From a virus, in IMG/VR virus record IMGVR_UViG_3300009537_001787, positions 1 to 36,852 of that record: a stretch of 36,852 nt of DNA; one strand, written 5' to 3'. The notes under the pieces were generated by a model. The model was not told where the DNA came from. It ran no database searches and saw only the letters and a list, made by a program, of their open reading frames with translations. This document shows positions 9,286 to 16,252 of the stretch, one piece after another; the stretch's first letter is position 1, and each line of letters starts with the position of its first letter. Both the position numbers and the translations under genes were made by a program.

Positions 9286-9950
9286 AATAGCACTCCTTGA
9301 GCTAGTCGATTGACAGCAATCTCGCAATACTTCTCCTCGATCTCGATGCCTATGGCCTTACGCCTCAGGTCTTTGGCTGCACGGAGAGTGGTGCCGCTGC
9401 CCATGAACGGGTCCATGATTGTCTCACCATCCAGTGATCCTGCCAATATCAGGTTCTTCCATGCGTTTATTGGCTTAGCACATGGGTGAAGATTAGTTGA
9501 TGGGGGTTCAGTTAATATCCATGAAAGCTTTTGCCCAGGCAACCCTTGCCCAGCATGAGGGGATGTCCCGTAGTATAAGATGGGCTGTGAATCCGCACGT
9601 CCCCAACTTTGTAATCCGACAGATGCTGGTTGGTAAAAACAACCAAACGCATTACATGGGGGGTAACGTGTTACATTCTTATTTCCTGGCGTAAGAATAC
9701 ATCGTCCCCCCTTGGATGTTAAATAAGTTATAACCGATACGGCTATCTCTACAGCTTCTATACCGTCTTGTATAATACCGTAATCGTTTTTACGTCCAGC
9801 CTTTCGCTGCCCATTACGAGTATTGTTTTTACCGCTCACCCCGTACGGCGGGTCGGTCAGCACCAGATCCACCGGCCCGAGCAGGGGCAGTATCTCCCTA
9901 CAGTCGCCGTGGTAAATGGTGGAGAACTCATCCTGATAGTAGGGCTTCAT
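9282..9950 (-). CDS. DNA N6-adenine/N4-cytosine methyltransferase, beta class (N6_N4_Mtase type)
   Basis: Motif IV DLVLTDPPYGV is N-terminal, HPCAKPINAWKNLI is central, and motif I DPFMGSGTTLRAAKDLRRKAIGIEIE is C-terminal. This order defines the beta class. No partner endonuclease was recognised. Confidence 0.9.
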   Translation of the reverse strand: MKPYYQDEFSTIYHGDCREILPLLGPVDLVLTDPPYGVSGKNNTRNGQRKAGRKNDYGIIQDGIEAVEIAVSVITYLTSKGGRCILTPGNKNVTRYPPCNAFGCFYQPASVGLQSWGRADSQPILYYGTSPHAGQGLPGQKLSWILTEPPSTNLHPCAKPINAWKNLILAGSLDGETIMDPFMGSGTTLRAAKDLRRKAIGIEIEEKYCEIAVNRLAQGVLL

Positions 9951-10090
9951 GATAGTTCCGCCGTGCAGGTCTTGCAGGTAGCCACTCTCTGGGAAAAGTC
10001 CAGTTCGCTATGGTGCTTTCGCTTCTTGCAAAAATTACACAAAAAGTCTGGGACATTCAGTTGTCGTGCTTGCTGTTCTCTCTTGACCAT
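9947..10090 (-). CDS. Small zinc-ribbon protein (47 aa)
   Basis: ATG 10090 sits in a TAATG overlap with the upstream stop, whereas the track start 10156 would overlap by 67 nt. The motif is CNFC...CKTC. Confidence 0.45.
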   Translation of the reverse strand: MVKREQQARQLNVPDFLCNFCKKRKHHSELDFSQRVATCKTCTAELS

Positions 10091-10374
10091 TATCCTATTC
10101 TCCTCTTGGGCACATGAACGAAGTCGAACGTGCTGCTCCGGCCCTTGTAGTTGCAATCAGGGTAGGGGCAATCCCTCTCTGTGTTTCCGCCACACCACCA
10201 CCACTGTAGGTCAGGGTGCCGTGGGGCGAATCCCTCATTGGGGAACACGGCATGGCATGATGGGCAGATACGATGACGGGCTACTGGTCCTCCCGGTTTA
10301 TGGAAACTAACCGAGACATCCGATCCCAGCATCTGTAGGATTTCTTCTATGCTGAACTCATCCTCTAAATTCAT
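10090..10374 (-). CDS. Zinc-ribbon protein (94 aa) sharing an N-terminal motif with the prim-pol linker
   Basis: Its start overlaps the prim-pol stop by 4 nt. It has CPSC...CPYPDC, and its N-terminus EDEFSIEEILQMLGSDVSVSFHKPGGP parallels prim-pol aa 287-316. Confidence 0.6.
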   Translation of the reverse strand: MNLEDEFSIEEILQMLGSDVSVSFHKPGGPVARHRICPSCHAVFPNEGFAPRHPDLQWWWCGGNTERDCPYPDCNYKGRSSTFDFVHVPKRRIG

Positions 10375-12278
10375 ACAGCTATCGCTTCATGGAGGAACTC
10401 ATTCAGCAGTTCCTTCCCGAAGGCCATCAGTACCCAGGGCTCACCTCTGGCCTTGACCATCCAGAGCACTTCATGGAGGGTGATATAGGTGCCGGTCAAG
10501 TGCCCAGGTGTTGCCTGATCCCGCTTGAACATCTCTTCCGAGTACTCAGGGTGCAACCCTGCTGCCTGAGCGTCGATTTCCACTTCTGCCATAGTAAGTT
10601 CACTACTTTTCGCCTTGGCTACCAGACGATAGCGGTTCTCGTTCCGGTCTATCTCCTCCTTACGTCGTATCCAGCGGGTCCCCCGGATCGGGATGTGCTT
10701 TACCCCTTTCTCCTTGCAGCGAACACGGGCCAATCCAGTCACTACCAGGGCTTCTGGGGTGGCAGTGGGTAGGAATCCCTCGTACTGGGTGCTGCTGAGG
10801 AAATGGTAACAACCCGCAGCAGACAGGTTGTCGAATCTGATGACGTGTTCTCCCTTGCGCGTCGCTGTCTTTTGCAGCGATTCCAGATAGGATTCTGCCT
10901 CATCATGAGACATACCGTCGGCTGGGATATCTCTGGTGTACCAGTGATCGTAGCGCCGGATCTTCGGCATGATGCTGTAGTAATACAGCCGTCGCATGAA
11001 CTGCATGTTCTGCCGGTTATCCACCCAGGCGTGGCTGAACAACGTGGTCGCTTTCCATCGACGGCTATGCTCGTTGATCAGCAGGGACAGAACGCCGATG
11101 GGCTTTATACCGGGTACTTTCGGGAACACCTTCTCGGCCTCAGCCCAGAGGGTATCACCCGGTTTCTGCCGTTGTGTCGGAGATAACGTGTAAGGGGTTC
11201 CGCTACTAGTATTAGCTATACACGTTATCTCCGACAACGTGTCACGGTGTATCTGCTTTTCGGCTTGTTGTTGATCGACTTTCTTCTGATAGGCTTTCAT
11301 CTCCTCTGCTGAGATAGTCTCCTGGTAGACTGGCCCCGGAGTGTAGGGCTTGTGGAATGCTTTAGGTAGAGCCTTCCCGAGCATCCCCCTGATCTCGTCG
11401 ATGCTGAAGTGGTCGTCCTCTTTCTTGACGTACTCCCCTGCTTTGTTGGCTATCCGTGTGTATTCTTTGATGCCCCCATCGAAACGCTTACTGTACTTGT
11501 TATACCCCCGGTCAATGTCTATCTCCTGGAGTGTGGCAACCACGTCCTCGGGGGATGCGCCCGATTGAAAGAGGCGTACCCCCTCGGCATACAGGGCTGT
11601 GCTGCGGTCCCGTCCCCATTCTCGGTGGGACTGGATCAGGTCTTTCCTTATCTCGCCGGGCAGTAGAGGGGCCTCTATATTCGCAGCCTTCCCGCTAGCC
11701 TCCCACCTCTCCCGGATGGCCTGTATGGCCCACTCAGGAGCATCTGGGAGGTCTTCCGTGTCCATCCAGGGGTAGTTGGTTTCCCATTGGTATCTTTGCC
11801 CGGACTTGTGGAGAGACCCGACAGCTACGGCGTACCCTCGGGGCATGATGTCGTACTCGTTGGTCTTGTTGATGTTGATCAGGGGCAGATCGGCTGGTCT
11901 CTTGTAGTAGTAATGGAGGTGCCCATCTCCCCCGCCGGATCGTACTGTCACGGTGGGAGGGAGGCCACGATTGATAAAGGTCTGGTGCCATTCTGGGGAG
12001 TCAGGGGCAATATCGAGGATGCCTGACTTGCCCAGGTCGATGCCCCAGTTAGCCAGGGGCCACCTGTCCATCCATTCCCAGACTTGCTTGATGGAGTTGG
12101 AGCTATCGTTGACTCCGTTTCGGAGCAGGGGTGCCTTGCCGATGTCGTGCCCTTCGTGGCCCTTGCCACAAGCACAGGCTCCGTCAACAGGCCAGCAGAG
12201 GGGCAGAAGATAGAGGCCTTTCTTGACTAGATCAAGGGGGAATTGTGAAACTGATGTGGATGTGGTACTATGTGTCAT
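10371..12278 (-). CDS. Bifunctional DNA primase/polymerase (prim-pol, AEP superfamily) with an uncharacterised C-terminal half
   Basis: The N-terminal ~200 aa carry prim-pol-type motifs: HDIGKAPLL, SGILDIAPD, SGGGDGHLHYYYKRP and YDIMPRGYAVAVGSLHKSGQRYQW. The usual DxD reads DIA here. No Walker A or helicase domain was seen in aa 320-635. Confidence 0.8.
   Translation of the reverse strand: MTHSTTSTSVSQFPLDLVKKGLYLLPLCWPVDGACACGKGHEGHDIGKAPLLRNGVNDSSNSIKQVWEWMDRWPLANWGIDLGKSGILDIAPDSPEWHQTFINRGLPPTVTVRSGGGDGHLHYYYKRPADLPLININKTNEYDIMPRGYAVAVGSLHKSGQRYQWETNYPWMDTEDLPDAPEWAIQAIRERWEASGKAANIEAPLLPGEIRKDLIQSHREWGRDRSTALYAEGVRLFQSGASPEDVVATLQEIDIDRGYNKYSKRFDGGIKEYTRIANKAGEYVKKEDDHFSIDEIRGMLGKALPKAFHKPYTPGPVYQETISAEEMKAYQKKVDQQQAEKQIHRDTLSEITCIANTSSGTPYTLSPTQRQKPGDTLWAEAEKVFPKVPGIKPIGVLSLLINEHSRRWKATTLFSHAWVDNRQNMQFMRRLYYYSIMPKIRRYDHWYTRDIPADGMSHDEAESYLESLQKTATRKGEHVIRFDNLSAAGCYHFLSSTQYEGFLPTATPEALVVTGLARVRCKEKGVKHIPIRGTRWIRRKEEIDRNENRYRLVAKAKSSELTMAEVEIDAQAAGLHPEYSEEMFKRDQATPGHLTGTYITLHEVLWMVKARGEPWVLMAFGKELLNEFLHEAIAV
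11175..11236. repeat. Perfect 18-bp inverted repeat (TGTCGGAGATAACGTGTA / TACACGTTATCTCCGACA) with a 26-nt spacer, inside the prim-pol gene
   Basis: The arms are 11175-11192 and 11219-11236. The spacer contains the palindrome TACTAGTA (11204-11211). The element lies in the linker-coding region of prim-pol (about aa 348-368). Confidence 0.9.
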
Positions 12279-12313
12279 AGCTGATACTCCTGTTCGGTAT
12301 GGGTTAGTGGGGG

Positions 12314-12350
12314 CACCGGGTGAATCACTGGTTGCAAAACCAGGCCGGTG
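12314..12350 (-). promoter_or_regulatory. Nested stem-loop in the 87-nt gap upstream of prim-pol
   Basis: The outer stem is CACCGG (12314-19) / CCGGTG (12345-50). The inner stem is CTGGTT (12328-33) / AACCAG (12338-43) around a 4-nt loop. No U-run follows on the - strand, so it is not a classical terminator. Confidence 0.3.
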
Positions 12351-12365
12351 TCCCTCACGTTTGTA

Positions 12366-12773
12366 CTACTTTACTCCTTTTCTCTCCTCGATGCTAGCCT
12401 CTATCGCTGCTGCCATAGCCAGCAGGGGTGAGGGGCCTTCTCCCATATGGCACAGCCCGCCGTGCCACCACCCAACTAGATATATGCTCCCATTGTTTTC
12501 CAGCAAGTCGTAGTTTTCCTGTTTCGTTAGCCAGTGCAGCGCCTCTGCGGGGGAGACTGGCACAGCGACCTTAGTGTATGTGGGGTCGTTGGAAATCTCG
12601 GTCACGTAGCATTGCACCAGCCCTGGGAACCGCCGCCCGGTGCCACAGCAGCCCGTGCAGATCACCGGCCCTTCCTCCCCCGGATACAACGGACATCTCA
12701 TCCCGTCGTCATCGCACTCCCCGCACTCCATCGCCGCCAGCCGGGCCACGGCGGCTGTCTCCTGGTCGTTCAT
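12366..12773 (-). CDS. DnaJ-type zinc-finger (CxxCxGxG) protein, paralog B (135 aa)
   Basis: It has ECGECDDDG and ICTGCCGTGRRFPGL. Its C-terminal block VPVSPAEALHWL...GEGPSPLLAMAAAIEASI is shared with the upstream gene. Confidence 0.7.
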   Translation of the reverse strand: MNDQETAAVARLAAMECGECDDDGMRCPLYPGEEGPVICTGCCGTGRRFPGLVQCYVTEISNDPTYTKVAVPVSPAEALHWLTKQENYDLLENNGSIYLVGWWHGGLCHMGEGPSPLLAMAAAIEASIEERKGVK

Positions 12774-13198
12774 TCCTTCACCACCAGACTAGCCTCTATC
12801 GCTGCTGCCAGGGCCAGCAGTGGGGTGGGGCCTCTACCTGCTTGGGCTTCCTCTCCCCAGGTCGCCAGGTATCTCAGACCGATCATCACCTCTTCCACCA
12901 ATCTGAACTCTCGGCGGCCCATCAGCCAGTGCAGCGCACTTGCGGGAGAGACTGGGACAAGGCCGGTGCGATGGCAATACTCACATTTCCCTACACCCGG
13001 CGCCCACTGTTGGCACCCGCATGGCCGCACCAACCCCGGAAAATTACGCCCGGTGCCGTCGCAATCGGGGCAGGCCACCGGCCCTTCGTCGGTGGGGCGT
13101 ATCAGTCTGACCTCCTGCCGGCCAGCGCAAAACGGGCACTCCATTGCTGACAGCCGGGCCACGGCCTCTTGTTCCTGGATTGCGATGCTAGTCGTCAT
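12770..13198 (-). CDS. DnaJ-type zinc-finger (CxxCxGxG) protein, paralog A (142 aa)
   Basis: It has ECPFCAGRQ, ACPDCDGTGRNFPGL and KCEYCHRTG, plus VPVSPASALHWL...GRGPTPLLALAAAIEASL. It overlaps paralog B by 4 nt. Confidence 0.7.
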   Translation of the reverse strand: MTTSIAIQEQEAVARLSAMECPFCAGRQEVRLIRPTDEGPVACPDCDGTGRNFPGLVRPCGCQQWAPGVGKCEYCHRTGLVPVSPASALHWLMGRREFRLVEEVMIGLRYLATWGEEAQAGRGPTPLLALAAAIEASLVVKE

Positions 13199-13727
13199 CG
13201 TCGGCAGCCTCCGCTACCCCGGCCACTATCTGGTCCACTATCTCGGTGATGGTCGTGCCTTCTGGCCCTTCGTTGTTCAGCTCATAGAACATCTCAGCGA
13301 TACCCCGGACTGCTTTCTTCAGGTTAGCGATGTCGTCAAACTCCATGATGTTTGGGTCTCCGCTGAGGAGGGTAGCAGCCTGGTTGAGGCTGGCTCCCCA
13401 CTTGATCCCCTTGAGGTTGTCATCCATCCGGGGGGCTGCTACTGGTGCTGGGATATCACTGGCATTGGCATAGGATATGGACTTCGTGTTCCAAAAGTAA
13501 TCGCTCTCGTATGTCCCGTCCTTGTCCCTCTTCAGTCCTCCTCTTTCGATGAGGACGTTGACGGTATCGCCCCTGTCGAAGCCTTCGACCTCGTCCCCCT
13601 GTCCGTAGAGGACCAGGTCATACTTGGATCCGGGCAGCATCCAGTCCAGGGTCATAGCCCAGCCCCGGCCTGACCTCTGGTCTCCTATGGCTTTGATTTT
13701 GGTTACGATGTCGTGCTGTACTTCCAT
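13188..13727 (-). CDS. Putative ssDNA-binding protein (179 aa) with an acidic C-terminal tail
   Basis: ATG 13727 is preceded by AGGAGGGAACGTA (the track start 13745 is TTG). The N-terminal half is beta-rich and the protein ends in AEAADDDD, like the acidic tails of phage SSBs. No diagnostic motif was found, so the function is tentative. Confidence 0.5.
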   Translation of the reverse strand: MEVQHDIVTKIKAIGDQRSGRGWAMTLDWMLPGSKYDLVLYGQGDEVEGFDRGDTVNVLIERGGLKRDKDGTYESDYFWNTKSISYANASDIPAPVAAPRMDDNLKGIKWGASLNQAATLLSGDPNIMEFDDIANLKKAVRGIAEMFYELNNEGPEGTTITEIVDQIVAGVAEAADDDD

Positions 13728-13741
13728 TACGTTCCCTCCTA

Positions 13742-14026
13742 TCAAAAATACTTGTCGATTAGTTGCTTGTATGCCCTGGTGGCTTCTAGTTGTCCGTCCT
13801 TGAAACCTTCCCCGTACTCTTTGCCCAGAGCAAAGAAGATAGCGGCGTCTCGTTTATTGCTGGGTCCCCACCGTACTTTGTACCAGAAGTTCCGGGCCCA
13901 GCCAGCAATCCAGTTCAATGGTACTGGGAGGCAGATCATGGTTGCTTGCTCGGGGTTGTGCCAGGCGATCCCCATCCACCAGGGCAGGGGTAGTTCTATC
14001 AGATCTCGGTGAGTCTTTCGGATCAA
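13742..14026 (-). CDS. Hypothetical W-rich protein (94 aa)
   Basis: Co-oriented and tightly packed in the early block. Confidence 0.55.
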   Translation of the reverse strand: MIRKTHRDLIELPLPWWMGIAWHNPEQATMICLPVPLNWIAGWARNFWYKVRWGPSNKRDAAIFFALGKEYGEGFKDGQLEATRAYKQLIDKYF

Positions 14027-14027
14027 G

Positions 14028-14270
14028 CTACATTCTCTCCTGTAGTATTTCGTGCAGCTCTATACTTAGCTGCTTGACCCAGAGTCGGATATAGTTGACT
14101 ATCTCCTCGGGCAGAATCTCCTCGTCCTCGGTGGCCTGGTCTATCCCTCGGGAGAACTCTTCCAGTACGGATTGGAGCTCCCGGAAGGCATTGGATGTAA
14201 CGTCCAGGGCTTGTCTCATTCTGTCGTGCTGGCTGGCTAGCTCTTGCCACTGCTCCTGGTCTATATTCAT
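14028..14270 (-). CDS. Hypothetical acidic helical protein (80 aa)
   Basis: ATG 14270 (MNIDQEQWQ...) forms a TGATG junction with the small ORF upstream. The track start is 14285. Confidence 0.55.
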   Translation of the reverse strand: MNIDQEQWQELASQHDRMRQALDVTSNAFRELQSVLEEFSRGIDQATEDEEILPEEIVNYIRLWVKQLSIELHEILQERM

Positions 14271-14395
14271 CACCAGTAGCCCCATGATGGCTCAGGCCTA
14301 TCCAATCCCTGCCGGCGCTGCTGGTATCTCCACTGTCTGCACTTGTAGCAAGCACACTTTAGCTGGTCGTGGGGTAGTTCAAACTTTCTAACCAT
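14270..14395 (-). CDS. Possible micro-protein (41 aa, MVRKFELPHDQLKCACYKCRQW...), absent from the ORF track
   Basis: It exactly fills the 14286-14387 gap. Its ATG overlaps the upstream gene's end by 8 nt, and its TGA overlaps the next ATG (TGATG). Confidence 0.35.
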   Translation of the reverse strand: MVRKFELPHDQLKCACYKCRQWRYQQRRQGLDRPEPSWGYW

Positions 14396-14585
14396 TGTTC
14401 TCCTCCGGTGCCCAACTGGGCTTGAAGTTGGCTATCATCATGTCTATTTCGTCCCACCGTTTAGTCTTCCGGCAGTAGGCCAGGAACTTGGGGACGTCGT
14501 AGACGGTGACTCCCTCTTGCAGGGGTATCTCGGGCTGGCCTCTCTCTTCCCACTCTGCTATGAGCCTGTCATCTTCCCTATTCAT
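14388..14585 (-). CDS. Hypothetical protein (65 aa)
   Basis: Co-oriented; overlaps the upstream RHH gene by 8 nt. Confidence 0.55.
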   Translation of the reverse strand: MNREDDRLIAEWEERGQPEIPLQEGVTVYDVPKFLAYCRKTKRWDEIDMMIANFKPSWAPEENNG

Positions 14586-14742
14586 TGGTGCCCTTCTTGC
14601 TGGTGGCGATCTTGTCCATCAGTACATCGGATATCCACGAGTTAAAGCTGAGCTTGTGTGTGTGGCGTGTCATGGAGTGGAACTGCTTGAGCCTTTCCAG
14701 CAGGTCCTCCTCCAGTCTGAAGCTGTATGACTTAGTGCCCAT
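14578..14742 (-). CDS. Ribbon-helix-helix (Arc/MetJ/CopG-type) DNA-binding protein (54 aa)
   Basis: MGTKSYSFRLEEDLLERLKQFHSMT... has the RHH pattern: a beta-strand (SYSFRL) followed by helix LLERLKQ. ATG 14742 has GAGGAGG upstream. The longer track start at 14817 overlaps the upstream gene. Confidence 0.65.
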   Translation of the reverse strand: MGTKSYSFRLEEDLLERLKQFHSMTRHTHKLSFNSWISDVLMDKIATSKKGTNE

Positions 14743-15055
14743 GATGCAGTGCCTCCTCGGCTGTCCAGATATCCACCAGGGACTGGTGACCGGCCTGGGC
14801 TTCCTCCAGGGTGGCATAGACTGCCCAATCCAGGACCGTATCGTTGTACTTGTTGGATAGCACTTCTGTTTTGAAGATCATTGGCGGGTTGCTATTCCCG
14901 GAGGGAGACTGGTCCTCTCCCTCCCAGCGGGTGATTATCCATGGCCCTTCGGGGATCTTCGTGTATGCTACTCTGGCATACTCTGCCTCGTTGCGTAGGG
15001 TGATAGCCTCCCATACATCCTTGAGCCGGTTGCCCTCTTTGTCGTAGTAGATCAT
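14732..15055 (-). CDS. Hypothetical protein (107 aa)
   Basis: ATG 15055 is preceded by AGGAGGGAGCA. The track start 15169 would overlap the upstream ORF by 77 nt. Confidence 0.55.
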   Translation of the reverse strand: MIYYDKEGNRLKDVWEAITLRNEAEYARVAYTKIPEGPWIITRWEGEDQSPSGNSNPPMIFKTEVLSNKYNDTVLDWAVYATLEEAQAGHQSLVDIWTAEEALHHGH

Positions 15056-15092
15056 TGCTCCCTCCTGTTTTAGTGTACCGTGGTACAGTGTA

Positions 15093-15287
15093 TCATACAT
15101 CCTTGGGATAGTCAATCTGATTAACCCCGGCGATCTTGATATCCAGGGATATGGGGTTGTCGTGTTCAAACTGTTCGATGGTCAGTTGGGCAGCCATGAT
15201 AGGGGATGTGGCCCAGATGGTACGATTTCTGGGCCTGTCCTGCTGTCCCCTCTGCTGGACCAGGTATTGCACATGGTACTGGTTCAT
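15093..15287 (-). CDS. Hypothetical protein (64 aa)
   Basis: ATGA-type 4-nt overlap with the upstream gene; co-oriented. Confidence 0.5.
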   Translation of the reverse strand: MNQYHVQYLVQQRGQQDRPRNRTIWATSPIMAAQLTIEQFEHDNPISLDIKIAGVNQIDYPKDV

Positions 15288-15466
15288 TGTTCATCTGCCG
15301 GGGAGTAGCGGGCATCCAGTTCGGCCACGAGCTTATCGCTCTCGGCCAGGACTTCCTCGATAGATGCGTCGGCTATTTCTATGGTGCAATCGTAGGTGTG
15401 TTGTCCTTTTGCTCCGGTCTTGACGTTAATCCGTACTCTCCGGGCTGGTGCTTGTGTGCTATCCAT
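15284..15466 (-). CDS. Hypothetical protein (60 aa)
   Basis: ATG 15466 is preceded by AGGAG at 7-nt spacing (the track start 15472 is TTG). Confidence 0.55.
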   Translation of the reverse strand: MDSTQAPARRVRINVKTGAKGQHTYDCTIEIADASIEEVLAESDKLVAELDARYSPADEQ

Positions 15467-15529
15467 TATCAAACTCCTGTGCTATAGTAGGGTTGTTCTC
15501 TCCCGGTTTCCTGCCCACCTGGTGCTAGT

Positions 15530-15555
15530 GCCTGCCCTTCCTCCATGGGGCAGGC
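15530..15555 (-). promoter_or_regulatory. 8-bp GC-rich hairpin in the 92-nt gap between early genes
   Basis: GCCTGCCC (15530-37) pairs with GGGCAGGC (15548-55) around a 10-nt loop. There is no U-run on the transcribed (-) strand. Confidence 0.3.
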
Positions 15556-15564
15556 GCTTAGCTT

Positions 15565-15780
15565 TTACCCCTCGTGCTCCCACTCGGTACGTACCTGGTC
15601 CTTCCATGCTGTCAGGCGACGTTCTACTCTGACAAGCTCCCCTGCTTGCGTGTAATAGAAGCCCTGGTTCATAGACCGTTGCTTCCCTGAGTGGAACTCG
15701 CCAAGCTGTTTATCTCCCAGCCAGGCAGTCCAGATTCTCCCTGTTGCGTGTTGTTCGTCGTGGTGAAACTCTACTGTCAT
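15565..15780 (-). CDS. Hypothetical protein (71 aa)
   Basis: ATGA overlap with the small ORF upstream; co-oriented. Confidence 0.55.
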   Translation of the reverse strand: MTVEFHHDEQHATGRIWTAWLGDKQLGEFHSGKQRSMNQGFYYTQAGELVRVERRLTAWKDQVRTEWEHEG

Positions 15781-15947
15781 TCGTCCTTCTCCTTAGCTGG
15801 TGCTGATGGTATGTGTACAGATAGCCAGCCCAGAGGGGCGCACTTGTGGGCCCCGTCTGGTGCTGCTGGGCAGGGCTCAGTAAACCATTGGGCAAAGGTT
15901 ACCGGCTGGTTACAGAGCTTGCATTGCTGGGTTGGGATGTTCGGCAT
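15777..15947 (-). CDS. Small Cys-containing protein (56 aa, MPNIPTQQCKLCNQPVTF...), absent from the ORF track
   Basis: ATG 15947 is preceded by GGAGGTGTAACGA. The TGA forms an ATGA overlap with the next gene. It has CKLC plus two more Cys. Confidence 0.5.
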   Translation of the reverse strand: MPNIPTQQCKLCNQPVTFAQWFTEPCPAAPDGAHKCAPLGWLSVHIPSAPAKEKDE

Positions 15948-16012
15948 TCGTTACACCTCCACGTTATAAATAGATAGAGCGGCCATCTGTTTACGATTCA
16001 AGGTTTGGGGTT

Positions 16013-16180
16013 TTATTGATGTTGAGTACGCTCCTGGACATTCTGGCAATGTGGGCATTGCATGGGCACTCTCTGGCTCATTGGTGCCCGGACATAGAAT
16101 CCGGTCCGGCATTTTAGACAACGCCGGAAGTCCTGTGCTAGTGGCTCACGTTTGACCAAACCTTGCTCGATTGTTTGCAT
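16013..16180 (-). CDS. Zinc-ribbon protein (55 aa)
   Basis: ATG 16180 is preceded by GGAGGAACATC (the track start is 16219). The motif is CLKC...CPHC. Confidence 0.55.
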   Translation of the reverse strand: MQTIEQGLVKREPLAQDFRRCLKCRTGFYVRAPMSQRVPMQCPHCQNVQERTQHQ

Positions 16181-16212
16181 GATGTTCCTCCATTTATCTA
16201 TCCTGGGCATTA

Positions 16213-16240
16213 CTGCCAACTAGCCCAAGCTAGTTGGCAG
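16213..16240 (-). promoter_or_regulatory. Perfect 12-bp stem / 4-nt loop hairpin after the first early gene
   Basis: CTGCCAACTAGC (16213-24), loop ccaa, GCTAGTTGGCAG (16229-40). It sits between genes 16253-16465 and 16013-16180. No U-tract follows on the - strand, so it may be a processing site, attenuator or non-canonical terminator. Confidence 0.5.
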
Positions 16241-16252
16241 AGTATGGGCAGG

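Noticed and set aside
12534-13673. 379-aa + strand ORF (and 12578-13150) spanning the region of the zinc-finger paralogs and the SSB-like gene
   Set aside because: It lies antisense to three well-supported, motif-bearing - strand genes. The translation is P/R/S/G-rich low complexity, typical of a shadow frame in GC-rich DNA, with no RBS or operon context.
14023-14355. 110-aa - strand ORF in an alternative frame over 14028-14285
   Set aside because: Its composition is R/G/P-rich and shadow-like. The alternative frame gives two compact, translationally coupled genes (14028-14270 and 14270-14395) that fit the packing pattern better.
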